Source of the DNA: Bryobacterales bacterium
Lineage (GTDB): Bacteria > Acidobacteriota > Terriglobia > Bryobacterales > UBA6623
Direction: 5' to 3'
DNA: 64,000 nucleotides
NCBI GenBank assembly: GCA_963422375.2
Contig: OY729427.2
Span: forward strand, 1,152,001-1,216,000
Part shown: in pieces, positions 20,995-30,973 of the stretch
Layout: each line of letters opens with the position of its first letter
Numbering within the stretch: position 1 is the stretch's first letter
Notes under the pieces: model-generated
What the model was told of the DNA's origin: nothing
What the model saw: only the letters and a program-made list of their open reading frames with translations
Databases searched by the model: none
Position numbers and translations under genes: made by a program

Positions 20995-22187
20995 TCCTCC
21001 AATCCCGTCAATACGATCTGTATCAGTATACCATCAGAGCTGCTTGACACGCCTGTCGTCGGTGCAAGCGCAGGGGCGCTTCCTATCGAACCCGTACCGA
21101 GGCCTCAAGGAACGCCAAGCCTGATCTCAGAAAGGAAGTCGCAATCCGCGTCGAGGACGGATCAGCTCCCCTCGCAGTAGCCGCCGTGTTCAGCATTGGG
21201 GCTCACACAATCGAATCCAATGTGCCGCACTACGCCCGTCACGGCTTCAAGGTAACTGAGGGGCCGGAAGAGATGCGGCCGTCCCGCACCCAGAAGACGG
21301 AACTCCTCCATCCGGTCTACACCACCGTGACCGGAGCGGATCCGTTACGGCAGCGACTTGCGTTCCCGTACTGGACCGTTGGTGGATCAGGGTCGCCTGC
21401 GGGACTAGGACGGGACCAACCCGAGCCAAGTCCGGGGGCCACGCACGAAGAGCCGACGCACAGCCTTGCGAGATGGCCGAAGTGGTCGCAAGAAGCTGCG
21501 CGGGCACGAATCGCGGCAATGCCGCGCCTCCCGTGGGGGACTGAGCGCGACCAGGGAGCTAGGGCAAGTGTGGCCCGCGCCCCATCCCGGGCGACCGGAG
21601 CGGGGCCACGGTCAATGCCCCGCAATTCCGCCGCGGCAGCCCGCCGGTCCCGTCGGCGCCACCCAACTCCAATCTCACGAATGAGGTCCAACCGGCAGGA
21701 ATCCATCCTCAGTGGGATTCCGCGCCTAGCGAGGGCCCGAAATCGGGGCGCGACGGGCAAGCGACGGCAAGATTCAGACCCTTCGACGGGCGGATTCGTA
21801 CTTCACGGCCCGTCCCGCCGTCGAAGTCGCTCCCGACTGGTGAACGAACGCCCGGATTCGCGAATGATCCGGGCTAGTACCGTCCCCGCGTCCAAGCTCG
21901 CTACACCTTATCCCCATGTCGCACTTCGGAGTTGAATCGGCGTGAGAATTTGTGTCCGCGGCATCTGCAAGCACTGGCGGTGAGGCTAGGTGCCGGAAGA
22001 TCGGAAAGCACTGAAACCAGTCCGACCAAATCCTGGATCCTACTGGCGTGAAAGGGTTTTCGACGGCCCCAGTGGAAGCGTACAATTAGGATGCGAACGC
22101 AGAGATCGCGGGGGCACAGTGGAGTCTTTGCGGAGTCTGTTGCAGATCCGACACCATGCTGTTGTGCTGCGACGGGTGGCTGGATCC

Positions 22188-22221
22188 GACATGACTGGCG
22201 AGGTGACATGACTGGCGAGGT
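22188..22221 (+). repeat. 17-bp perfect tandem duplication
   Basis: GACATGACTGGCGAGGT twice (22188-22204, 22205-22221). Confidence 0.9.
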
Positions 22222-22272
22222 GTTGAGAAGCGACCAGGAGTGGCAGGCAGACGTAATCCAGGCCACGTCCGG

Positions 22273-22510
22273 GTGCAACCGACTGTGCGGGCGTGTCTAC
22301 AAGAGCGACCGGATCTGGCTCGCGGACATTCCGTCGCTGGATGTGATGACTCAAGGGCTGACGAAGAGCGACGGATTCGTCATGATCAAGGACTTGCTCG
22401 AGACCTTGGTCAACAGGCCGGGCTTTTCGGTTGACGTGCATCCGAACGGGCTGGACGGTTTCGCGATTACCGCTAGCACGCACGGAAGCCGGACTTATTG
22501 CCCCGGCTGA
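22273..22510 (+). pseudogene. HicB-family antitoxin remnant (C-terminal HTH missing)
   Basis: GRVYKSDRIWLADIPSLDVMTQGLTKSDGFVMIKDLLETLVNRPGFSVDVHP matches the HicB W.A.IP.L...TQG.T..E...M..D pattern. Confidence 0.65.
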
Positions 22511-22930
22511 AGGCGAAGGTGGCTTCCTCGGTGCCGCTTGCCAGCTCTCGGCAGCGATAGTCCGAGCCCTTGACGCATGATCTAGCCGATCAGCGGCCGC
22601 TGCCTTGGATCCCGTGCGCTCGCCAGCAGCAGCTGGCCCCCTTCGCGTACCTCCCTCTTCACCGCGGACACCTTGTCCAAGGTCGCATGGCGGACCTGTA
22701 CGCCATTCGATAGGCCTGCGTGCTTGGTGGCTGGCTCGGCATGGCGCTGTTCCAAGTCATCCTATTCCTTCTCACGCACCTTGCTCGCCTCGCGCATCCA
22801 GCCCCTCGTGATTGGGAGTGAGCTACTAGCAAGGCGCGGCACGTCAGGAGCGTTCGCGCCACCCTGCCGCACGTCTGTCACTGTTGACGGATCCATCACT
22901 GATTTTCATTCAGCCAATACCACCTACACT

Positions 22931-24103
22931 CTAGGCCAGAATCGCGTTATCGAGGGCCCTGCTAGGAACGCGAGGCCCCGTTGATGACAAGGCGTCGGTT
23001 GCCCAGCCATGGGACGCGCGGGGTGCCTGTGGTCTGCAGGGCCTCGAGCGGAGCGGGCAGGTCGCGCTTCTTCTTCAGCGAGACGGTGCAGGTGCCGGGC
23101 GCGAGGGTGACGTCTCCTGCGGTGCGGAGGATGCGCTCGTGCAGGGACTGCGCGGTCAGGTGGCGGTAGCCGGGAGGCAGGTCCATGGCCGGCAAGCGCA
23201 GCAGATTGTAGGCCGGCACGGTCATGGCGAGGTCGAAATCGACCTTGATGACCATGGGGGAGAAGAGCCGGTTGACGGACAGCTTCAGCGCCGCGAAGGC
23301 CAGCACGGTCTGCAGGGCCCGCGTGCCGGGATGGCCGGCCGCGCGGACCGCCTTGTCCAAGCCGCAGCCCAGCATCCACGGGAGCAAGGAGAGCACGCCG
23401 GCCGCACGTTCTCATTGGGACGACTCGCAGGCCCGGGGATCGAGCGGGACGCTTTCGGGGGCCGCCAAGCGCTCCCGGGCCCCGGCCCCGCGTTCGGCGG
23501 GAGTGCGCCGGGGCAGGCGAGCGAAGCCTTCCTCCGCCAGGATGCGCCGGATCCCCTGCTGGCTCGGGGCCTGCCCGAACTCGGCGTCCAGCCGAACCTT
23601 GATGTCGGGCAGGGACAGGTTGACCTTGCGCAGTGCGATCGCATGCTCGCGCACGTCCGGCGCGGGCAGCACGGGCGGCCGTCCGGAGCGTCGCGGGCCT
23701 TGGAAGAAGAAGGCGAGCGGGTCCTCGAGCTGCCGGAAGTCGCGTGTCACGGAGTAGACCGTGGCGACGGAGCAGTCGAAACGCCGGGCGACGGCCTCGG
23801 CCGGGAGGCCCTCGCAGTAGATCTCGTAGCGGCGCTGGCGCGGGTTGCTCGGCCGGGCGAAGAACTCGGGGCTAGCGTGAGGCGGCAGGACCTCCGGCAT
23901 GATTAGGCCGTATATCAGGCTGGAATCACATTGTGCAAGTAATGTTAGACAGAAAAAGGGGGTTCCAGAGCCGCTTCGGACGTGTTCTAGCGAAGACGAG
24001 AGGTGCCGCGTGGCTCAGCGAACGCGTGGCATCCGACTTGGGACAGTGCGCACGCCTACCTCGTAATCAATTGATTCTACACAGGTTACTCCTGTCGGCC
24101 TAG
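22931..24103 (-). mobile_element. Internally deleted remnant of a large-transposase IS (family unassigned)
   Basis: N-terminal HTH part (23412..23900, QRRYE...VARRF...EEGFARLPRR) and C-terminal part (22962..23396, VIKVDFDL...VPWLGNRRL); CTAGGCC inverted at 22931 and 24103. Confidence 0.65.
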
Positions 24104-24271
24104 CGTCGCATCTACTGCTGACTTAGGCGCTATCTCGAGATGAGAATCAGTGGTCATCGATGACGAGAAGGGCGTGCCAACAGACAGTCAAGACGAATGA
24201 TGGCCTGAAAAACACCATGGCCGAGGCACCGAAGCGCCTGAAGGGGACACCGGAGCTAGTCGCTGCGCTCT

Positions 24272-24771
24272 TCAAGCAGGCCGAGTGCGCCTACATCCGA
24301 GCCTGACCCGCAAAGAAGACCTTTGACGCGTCCAGTAAATCGTCGCGCCGGGGTTCTCCGGCCGCAGTGAGAGGTGCCTCTCCAAGGGTTCCAGCGCGGC
24401 CTGCGTGTCGCTGTGCTGGAAGAGCAGCGTGCCAAGGTACAACCACGCCTCGTCTTCGCACGGGTCTTCCTCGACGAGACTTCGCAGTAACCTCTCGCCC
24501 TTCGCCAAGTCGTTCTGCAGGGAGTAGGCTAGGCCGATGGCGCGCAATCGGATCCACGGATAGCTGCACGGCCCTTTCGAGCAACGGCACCGCCTCGTCT
24601 CGGATCCCCGAGATGACGCGCAAGCAATTCGGCGTAGATTCGCGGCGCGCCGGCGAAGCTGGCTATGCACGGAAGTCCGACGATTTGCGCGGCGAGCAGC
24701 AGGAAGGCCGCAAGCGTCAGAAGGTAGTGCGTCCCAAGGCCTCCCCCCGCATGCCCCGGGCGGAGGCGCAA
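24272..24771 (-). pseudogene. TPR-repeat protein fragment, multiple frameshifts
   Basis: DEAVPLLERAV, AIGLAYSLQNDLAKGERLLRSLVEEDP, EAWLYLGTLLFQ...ALEPLERHLSLRPENP in different frames. Confidence 0.6.
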
Positions 24772-25226
24772 TCAATCAGCTCGGACGACCAGCTGGACCG
24801 CCATCGAGGGCGTCTTCACCCCGGGCGACCACCCCGATGCTCTGTCAGGGGCTCTTGCCGGAGTAAGAACCTAGTCTTTCCGTGAGTATCCTACGATAGA
24901 AGCTAGGAAATTCCGAACCTCGACGAGCCCGAAGGCGGCCATTTCGACAACATGATCGACTGCGTTCGTTGGCGCAAGGGGGAGGACCCGAAGCGCGAGA
25001 TCGAGCCGACAATCCGTCGACTTCGCAACGCCGCCTAGCGAACATTTCCTTCCGGGGAGGGCACAGGCTCGGGTTCGCCGAGGGGGTCGACTTTCCCTTG
25101 CGACGAGGAAGCTTACCGACTCCGGGACACGTGAGTACCGCGAGCCCCAAGTGGCTCCCAGCCAAGTTTGACCGTGCCGGAGGCGTCCTGACCGCGGGAC
25201 GGTCCGGCAGCCTACGGTACCATGGA

Positions 25227-26474
25227 ATGATGCTCCAAGGATCCAGCGACTTAAGCCGTCGCACCTTCATCGCGGGCGCGACGGCCGCCGGCGCGGCGCG
25301 ACCTGCGCTCTCAGCGAAGAGCGCGGCTCGGATCGCTGGCGCCAACGAGCGCCTTCACATCGGAGTGATCGGCGCGGGCGGAAACGCCAACGGCCACATG
25401 CGCGCGCTCCAGAAGCTGGCCGGACCGGACAACGTCGAGATCAGTGCCGTCTGTGACATCTACGACCTGCGTCGCGAAGCAGCCGCCGAGTTCACCGGTG
25501 GCAAGCCCTACAAGGACTACCGGGCTCTGCTCGAGCAGCCCGGCTTGGACTACGTCACCATCTCCGTGCCGGAGCACTGGCACGCGCCCATCACGCTGGA
25601 CGCTGCCGACGCCGGGCTGAACGTGTACGTGGAGAAGCCGCTCACCTATTCGATCAGCGAGGGTCTCGAGGTCGTGCGCAAGATCAAGAGCACGGGCATC
25701 GTCCTGCAGTGCGGCATCCAAGGGATGTCGGACGACTCCTACGAAGCAGCCGCCGAGCTCATCCGGGACGGAGCCATCGGCAAGGTCGTCATGGCGCACA
25801 TCGACTATTCCCGGAACCACCGCGACGACTTCTGGCTGAGGGAGCCGGATCCGGACGCGAAGCCGGGCGTGAACCTGGACTGGAAGGCGTTTCTCGGCAA
25901 GGCCAGGAAGAGGCCGTGGGACCCGGACCGCTTCTTCTCATGGCGCCGGTACTGGGACTATTCCGGCGGGATCGCGACCGACCTGTTCGTGCATCGGCTG
26001 GCGCGGATCGTCAAGGCCTGCGGCCTTACTACGCCGTCGCGGGTGGTGGCGACCGGAGGGAACTACTTCTTCGACGGCGGATCCGAGGTGCCTGACACGT
26101 TCAACGCGCTGCTGGAGTACCCAGAGGGCATCAACGTGCTGCTGGTCTCGTCAATGGCCAACCAGACCCGCATCCGGCATCTGGTGCGAGGCAACCGGGC
26201 CACCATCGAGTTCACGCGGGAGGGCTTCGTCGTCGAGCCCGAGGCGCTGCACAAGGACGAGGTCCAGCCGCGCATTCACAAGAAGTCCGGAGGCGAAGAC
26301 ATGGCCCTGCACCATCACAACCTGCACAACGCGATCCGTCTGGGCGCGGAGCTTAAGTGCGACGCGGAGCTGGGCTTCAACGTGTCGATGGCGTGCCAGA
26401 TGGCCGTGGAATCGTTCCGGCGGAAGAAATCCCTTGGATGGGACCGCCGACGCCAGCGCGTGGTCAGGACCTGA
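25227..26474 (+). CDS. Gfo/Idh/MocA oxidoreductase with Tat signal
   Basis: SRRTFIAG, IGVIGAGG, PEHWH, VYVEKP, WRRYWDYSGG..TDLFVH. Confidence 0.93.
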   Translation: MMLQGSSDLSRRTFIAGATAAGAARPALSAKSAARIAGANERLHIGVIGAGGNANGHMRALQKLAGPDNVEISAVCDIYDLRREAAAEFTGGKPYKDYRALLEQPGLDYVTISVPEHWHAPITLDAADAGLNVYVEKPLTYSISEGLEVVRKIKSTGIVLQCGIQGMSDDSYEAAAELIRDGAIGKVVMAHIDYSRNHRDDFWLREPDPDAKPGVNLDWKAFLGKARKRPWDPDRFFSWRRYWDYSGGIATDLFVHRLARIVKACGLTTPSRVVATGGNYFFDGGSEVPDTFNALLEYPEGINVLLVSSMANQTRIRHLVRGNRATIEFTREGFVVEPEALHKDEVQPRIHKKSGGEDMALHHHNLHNAIRLGAELKCDAELGFNVSMACQMAVESFRRKKSLGWDRRRQRVVRT

Positions 26475-26519
26475 CCGGCGAAGTGCCCCGGAATCGCCCG
26501 CGTTTGCTAGGATTGTGTT

Positions 26520-26879
26520 ATGGATGCGACTGGCCGGAGGCCGACGACGAAAGGCGAAGGCTCGCTGCTGGGGCCGTCGGTGCGCATGGAAGGCGACATC
26601 ACATCCGAAGAGAGCTTGGCCATATCCGGGCAGTTCGAGGGCCAGATCGACATTCCCAAGCACGAGGTCGAGGTGACCCAGGGGGCCGTGGTCAAGGCCG
26701 ACATCCGTGCCAACAAGGTCCTCATCTGCGGCAGGGTCGAGGGCAACGTGCAAGGCATCGCCCGGGTCGAGCTGACAGGGACGGCCGAAATGACCGGCAA
26801 TTTGGAGACCCGCGAGATTCGCGTCGAGGGAGGCGCGGTGTTTCGCGGGCAGGTGAACATCCTCACCGACCGCAACTGA
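26520..26879 (+). CDS. Bactofilin (polymer-forming cytoskeletal protein)
   Basis: GDITSEESLAISGQFEGQI...ADIRANKVLICGRVEGNV...IRVEGGAVFRG. Confidence 0.9.
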   Translation: MDATGRRPTTKGEGSLLGPSVRMEGDITSEESLAISGQFEGQIDIPKHEVEVTQGAVVKADIRANKVLICGRVEGNVQGIARVELTGTAEMTGNLETREIRVEGGAVFRGQVNILTDRN

Positions 26880-26888
26880 GCCCGCCGG

Positions 26889-27512
26889 TCACTCGGGCGG
26901 CAACCGCACGGGCTTGCGCGCCTCGATGGTCTTCAGCACGTCAAGGTAGTGGCGCGTCACGCCGCTGACCTCGAACCCCGCCCGACGCACCGTATCGACG
27001 GTCGGGCGATTCAATTCCGGGCCGAACCGGCGTGCGAGCGGCGTGCAGGCGTGCAGCATAGCGCTGAACGGGAGCCAGCGGCTGCCGGTATGCTCGAACA
27101 TTCGCAGCTCTCCGCCCGGGCGCAGCACGCGCAGAATCTCGCGCAAGCCGCGCAGGGGCTCCGATACGGAGCAGAACGTGCAGGACGTGTAGGCCTGGTC
27201 GAAGCATTCAGTTCCGAGGGCCAGCTGCCGGGCGTCCATCTGCTGCAAGTCGAGGGAACCTTCGTACCGGCCGGCGCGCTTCGCCGCGCACTCGAGCATT
27301 CGCTCGCTGACGTCGATCGCGACGACCGACCGGCCGGGCGGGAAGAACTGGAAGTCCAGGCCGGTGCCAGCCGCGAGAAACAGCACGCGTCCCTCCATGC
27401 CGGAGAAGAGATCGCGCTTGAACCCGGCCCAGCGCCGCTCCGCCGAGCGCGAGGCGAAGCTCTGGTAGGCGGGCGCGACGCGATTCCACTTGGCACGGTC
27501 CCCGAGCGTCAT
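26889..27512 (-). CDS. Class I SAM-dependent methyltransferase
   Basis: VLFLAAGTG, AIDVSERML, MDARQL, FCSV, RVLRPGG, FEH; ATG overlaps the upstream stop. Confidence 0.88.
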   Translation of the reverse strand: MTLGDRAKWNRVAPAYQSFASRSAERRWAGFKRDLFSGMEGRVLFLAAGTGLDFQFFPPGRSVVAIDVSERMLECAAKRAGRYEGSLDLQQMDARQLALGTECFDQAYTSCTFCSVSEPLRGLREILRVLRPGGELRMFEHTGSRWLPFSAMLHACTPLARRFGPELNRPTVDTVRRAGFEVSGVTRHYLDVLKTIEARKPVRLPPE

Positions 27513-27895
27513 TCGCCGCCCCGCCGTCTCAGACCCAAGTCGGCGAGAGCGCAGAACGCGCTGGCGGCAAGCCCGCACAGCGCGCCTCGCACGATCCAGC
27601 CGAGCAAGCCGGGCGCGCTCTCCGCAGGGGATTGCATCCCCCCCGCCATGCCGGCCACCATACAGGCCAGCATAATTTGCAGCATCGGCTCGATCATGCC
27701 TAGCACCTGGCTGGCGGCCAGAGCGCATGGAACCGAGAGCGCCATCCCTGCCAGCATGCCAACAGCCATTCCCGCGAGGGGGTGCCAGCCCGCCGGAACC
27801 ATCCACGATGCAAGCGAGGCGGCCAATGCGCCGGAAGCGATGGCGGCAGCGGCGTCCCCGAGAAAGTACCGCACGCGGGCGGGCACTGCCGTCAT
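27509..27895 (-). CDS. Hypothetical membrane protein
   Basis: Hydrophobic Met/Gly/Ala-rich helices; coupled between trpF and the methyltransferase. Confidence 0.7.
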   Translation of the reverse strand: MTAVPARVRYFLGDAAAAIASGALAASLASWMVPAGWHPLAGMAVGMLAGMALSVPCALAASQVLGMIEPMLQIMLACMVAGMAGGMQSPAESAPGLLGWIVRGALCGLAASAFCALADLGLRRRGGE

Positions 27896-27907
27896 TCGCG
27901 GGTTACC

Positions 27908-28549
27908 TCAGAGCAGCGCGCGAAGGTAGCGCTCCACCCTGTCGGGGTCCTTCGCTCCCGGCGTGGACTCGAGCCGCGAGCTCGAGTCCACGCCCCAAGG
28001 CCGGGCGACGCGAACCGCCTCAGCCACGTTGTCGCCATCCAGCCCCCCGGCCACGATGACCTTGCCGTAGGGCCGGGCGCGCCGCGCGAGGTGCCAGCTG
28101 AAGGTCTCCCCGGTGCCCCCATGGACGCCCGGCCGGGCCGTGTCGAGGAGGAAGGCGTCGGCCCGGAACCCGCTCAATCCGGACGCATCGAATCGCTCGT
28201 CTACGCGAACAGCCATCCACACCTCCACGGCCTCCGGGACGGCGCCGCGCACCTCACACAATTCATCCGGGCTCCCGTACCCGTGGAGCTGGACCACGTC
28301 CAGGCCCACGCGGCGCGCCGTGGCCGCGACCACGTTCGGGCGCTCGCGCACGAACACGCCGACCCGGCGCACGCCCTCAGGGACGGCGGCGGCTACCGCC
28401 TCGGCCCGCTCGAAGGTGACCGAGCGCGGGCTGGGCGCGTAGAAGATCAAGCCGACGGCGTTCGCGCCGGCGGCCGCGGCGTGCCCAGCGTCCTCCGGCA
28501 GAGTAATCCCGCACACCTTGCGCAGCTGCGGCCTAAATCGTGCCGCCAT
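27908..28549 (-). CDS. trpF: Phosphoribosylanthranilate isomerase
   Basis: KVCGIT, SPRSV, VQLHG, FLLDT, GGTG, AGGL, GVDSSS. Confidence 0.95.
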   Translation of the reverse strand: MAARFRPQLRKVCGITLPEDAGHAAAAGANAVGLIFYAPSPRSVTFERAEAVAAAVPEGVRRVGVFVRERPNVVAATARRVGLDVVQLHGYGSPDELCEVRGAVPEAVEVWMAVRVDERFDASGLSGFRADAFLLDTARPGVHGGTGETFSWHLARRARPYGKVIVAGGLDGDNVAEAVRVARPWGVDSSSRLESTPGAKDPDRVERYLRALL

Positions 28550-28609
28550 CGGGTTCAGCGTAACAGCGAGCAAGCGAGGCGAGATGCGCGGCTAGCCACC
28601 GGGGACATT

Positions 28610-30211
28610 TCACGGTCGCGACTCGACAACCTTCCCGAGACTCTCGCGGACCTCTCGCGGCAGGCCGGCAATGCGACCGGTCGCATCCAAGCGCTCCAAG
28701 TGCGCCAGCACTTGGCGCGCGGCGACCAAGCGGAGGGGCGATTCCAACTCGCCGTAGACCGGGGCAACCATCCTGTCGGGATCGCGCAAGCCGCTGTTCC
28801 AAGCGTCGAGGACGCGCCCCTCGCGCCAAAGCCGGTGGTCGCGGGCATCGCGGAGAGCCTTGGCTGCATCCGGGAACATCGAGCCGTGGCTCGGGAGCGC
28901 CACCCGTGCTCCGAGGGCGGAGAGGCGCTCGAGAGAGTCCAGATAGTCGGCCATGTTGCCGTCGGGCGGATTGATCACAACGGAACCATAGCCCGAGAGC
29001 ATGTCGCCGCAGAGGAGTGTCGCGCACCGCTCCTCGAAAAGGCAGAGATGGCCGCTGGCGTGTCCGGGCGTGTGCAGCATCCGGATCCTCAGAGGGAGGC
29101 TGCCGCCGGTCTCAATCGTCTCGCCTCCCCGCAGGCAGCGGTCCACGTCGATGTCCCGGTCGGCGAGCCGGGCCGCGGTGGCTTCGTGCGCCCACACCGG
29201 GACGGCGTAGTGCTGGCGCACGAACCCGGCCCCGTCCACGTGGTCCGCGTGATGGTGGGTGAGAATCACGGCAGTCAGATGACCACCCGTCTCGCGGGAC
29301 ACCTCGTCGACAATCTCGCAAAGCCGCTCAAGCTCGCCCTGGTCGGAAGCTCCGGGATCCACGAGAATCAGCTTCGCGCCGCCGAGCAACAAGGTATTGG
29401 TGTGAGTCGCCGGAGGCAGGGTCCTAGTCCGTAGCGGGATGGCTCGCACGGCGGGGCGGAACTCGATCACGCGGGGCGAATCGGGACGGCCCGCCTCCGA
29501 GCGCCACAGGCGGCGACGGCCCTCGGGGCCGTCGTCCGCTAGGACTCGCAGTGTCTCGAGGGTCGGATGGGCTACGAGCACGTCGCCGGACATCCAGCGG
29601 TCCAAGGCGTCCGCGGGCCGGATCCATTCTCCGGAAGTCAGTTCGCCCGGTATGACGGACGGCTGGCTCGCCTCGCCGGGCGGCCATTCCATGAGAAAGA
29701 AGGTCGCGTCGAACCGAATTGGCGAGAGGGGGGGCGTAACCCAGCGACCCGCGAAACGGAGCCTAGAAGCGTCGAGAGCAAGGCCGTTCGCGACCAGCCA
29801 GTCCGCGAAATCGAGGCCGCCGTCCAGCAAGCCGGCCCGCGCAGCTTCCAAGTCCACCTCGTCGGGAGCCGGACCGGTCGCCGAGAGAATTCCGGCCTCC
29901 TCGAAGAGCTCGCGCAAGGCGCAGGCCTGCTGCGACGCGAACTGGCCCGATGCCAGAAACGCCTTCTCCCCGTCCATCGCGCCTCTCACGGGCGCAGCCG
30001 CGTCGGCCGCCGCCATGCGGCCGCCGGGGAAAGCGTGCCAGCCTCCCATGAAACGGAGAGACTTGGACCGCTTGACCCAAAAGACCTCACAAGCGCCCCC
30101 AGTGCCGAAGCGGTATGGAATCACCCCGGCAGCCAGGCGCGGGCTCGCAGGCCCGGTCCAAGGAGGGCGTCGCGCATGCGACGGGCCCGGAAGGACTCCA
30201 TGGGAATACAA
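28610..30211 (-). CDS. NUDIX hydrolase fused to metallo-beta-lactamase-fold hydrolase
   Basis: AFPGG...ALRELFEEAG, WVTP...RFD then THHHADH, HTPGH..GH, CGD, PSHG; start uncertain. Confidence 0.88.
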   Translation of the reverse strand: MYSHGVLPGPSHARRPPWTGPASPRLAAGVIPYRFGTGGACEVFWVKRSKSLRFMGGWHAFPGGRMAAADAAAPVRGAMDGEKAFLASGQFASQQACALRELFEEAGILSATGPAPDEVDLEAARAGLLDGGLDFADWLVANGLALDASRLRFAGRWVTPPLSPIRFDATFFLMEWPPGEASQPSVIPGELTSGEWIRPADALDRWMSGDVLVAHPTLETLRVLADDGPEGRRRLWRSEAGRPDSPRVIEFRPAVRAIPLRTRTLPPATHTNTLLLGGAKLILVDPGASDQGELERLCEIVDEVSRETGGHLTAVILTHHHADHVDGAGFVRQHYAVPVWAHEATAARLADRDIDVDRCLRGGETIETGGSLPLRIRMLHTPGHASGHLCLFEERCATLLCGDMLSGYGSVVINPPDGNMADYLDSLERLSALGARVALPSHGSMFPDAAKALRDARDHRLWREGRVLDAWNSGLRDPDRMVAPVYGELESPLRLVAARQVLAHLERLDATGRIAGLPREVRESLGKVVESRP

Positions 30212-30973
30212 GCCTCACGGTATCATGGAATGCGGCGACCGACCGGGAACCAAGGCCATGCCGGAGCCCACAGGGCCAACCCATCCTGTTGCGGATGCTA
30301 GAACACCGGTCCTCGGGCATTCTTCCGAAGGCCTCCGGCCAACGGAGACAAAGGTCGAGATGCACACTGCTCGCGCTGTTCATCGCATGGAGTTGAGCAG
30401 TGGCAGCACCCACAGGGCAGTACTGAGGAATTCCTTCACAATGAATCGTTCCTGTATGTGTCGATTGTCTACCGTTTTGACTGAACAAAGCACAACGACT
30501 ACTGCCGAATACTCAAGTACTGAAACGAAAGAAATCAGGAAATTTCTTACCTAAGGGATCCCCACACCGAAGAATATAGATCGCCTTCTTGCGTCCAAAT
30601 AGATTAACAAGATTTGGCTTACTATCGATTCGTTTCAGCTCTTTTTTCTGCGCCTTCCCCATGCGTCCTCCGGAGGCTACTACAGGCCAAAACTCACACG
30701 CAGATTGCCGAGGAATGTAACTCTCGGCGATTTTGGCACCACCTTTGAGCTGTGACATAACCTTCCGTGCTTCGAGTTTGCCTTGCTTGAATTAAAGCAA
30801 GGCAATAAATGGTTTATGAATTGATCGGTATCCCTCGGCAGCAACTAGATAGTCACACCGTAGCTCTGATTGGAGATCCGTCGTGTCAGAAAGCCTATCA
30901 TAGTCCAAGATTAGCCGATTCTGCGAGATCTTATCTAGCGTTACTCCGCAACCTTGTTCTCGGCACCTAGTTA

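Noticed and set aside
21186..21300. TIESNVPHYARHGFKV, resembling a GNAT C-terminus
   Set aside because: Too short, with no acetyl-CoA-binding motif upstream; cannot be supported.
27782..29434. 550-aa plus-strand ORF (likewise 42633..44252, 58586..60181, 61053..62537)
   Set aside because: Alternative or antisense frames over well-supported genes.
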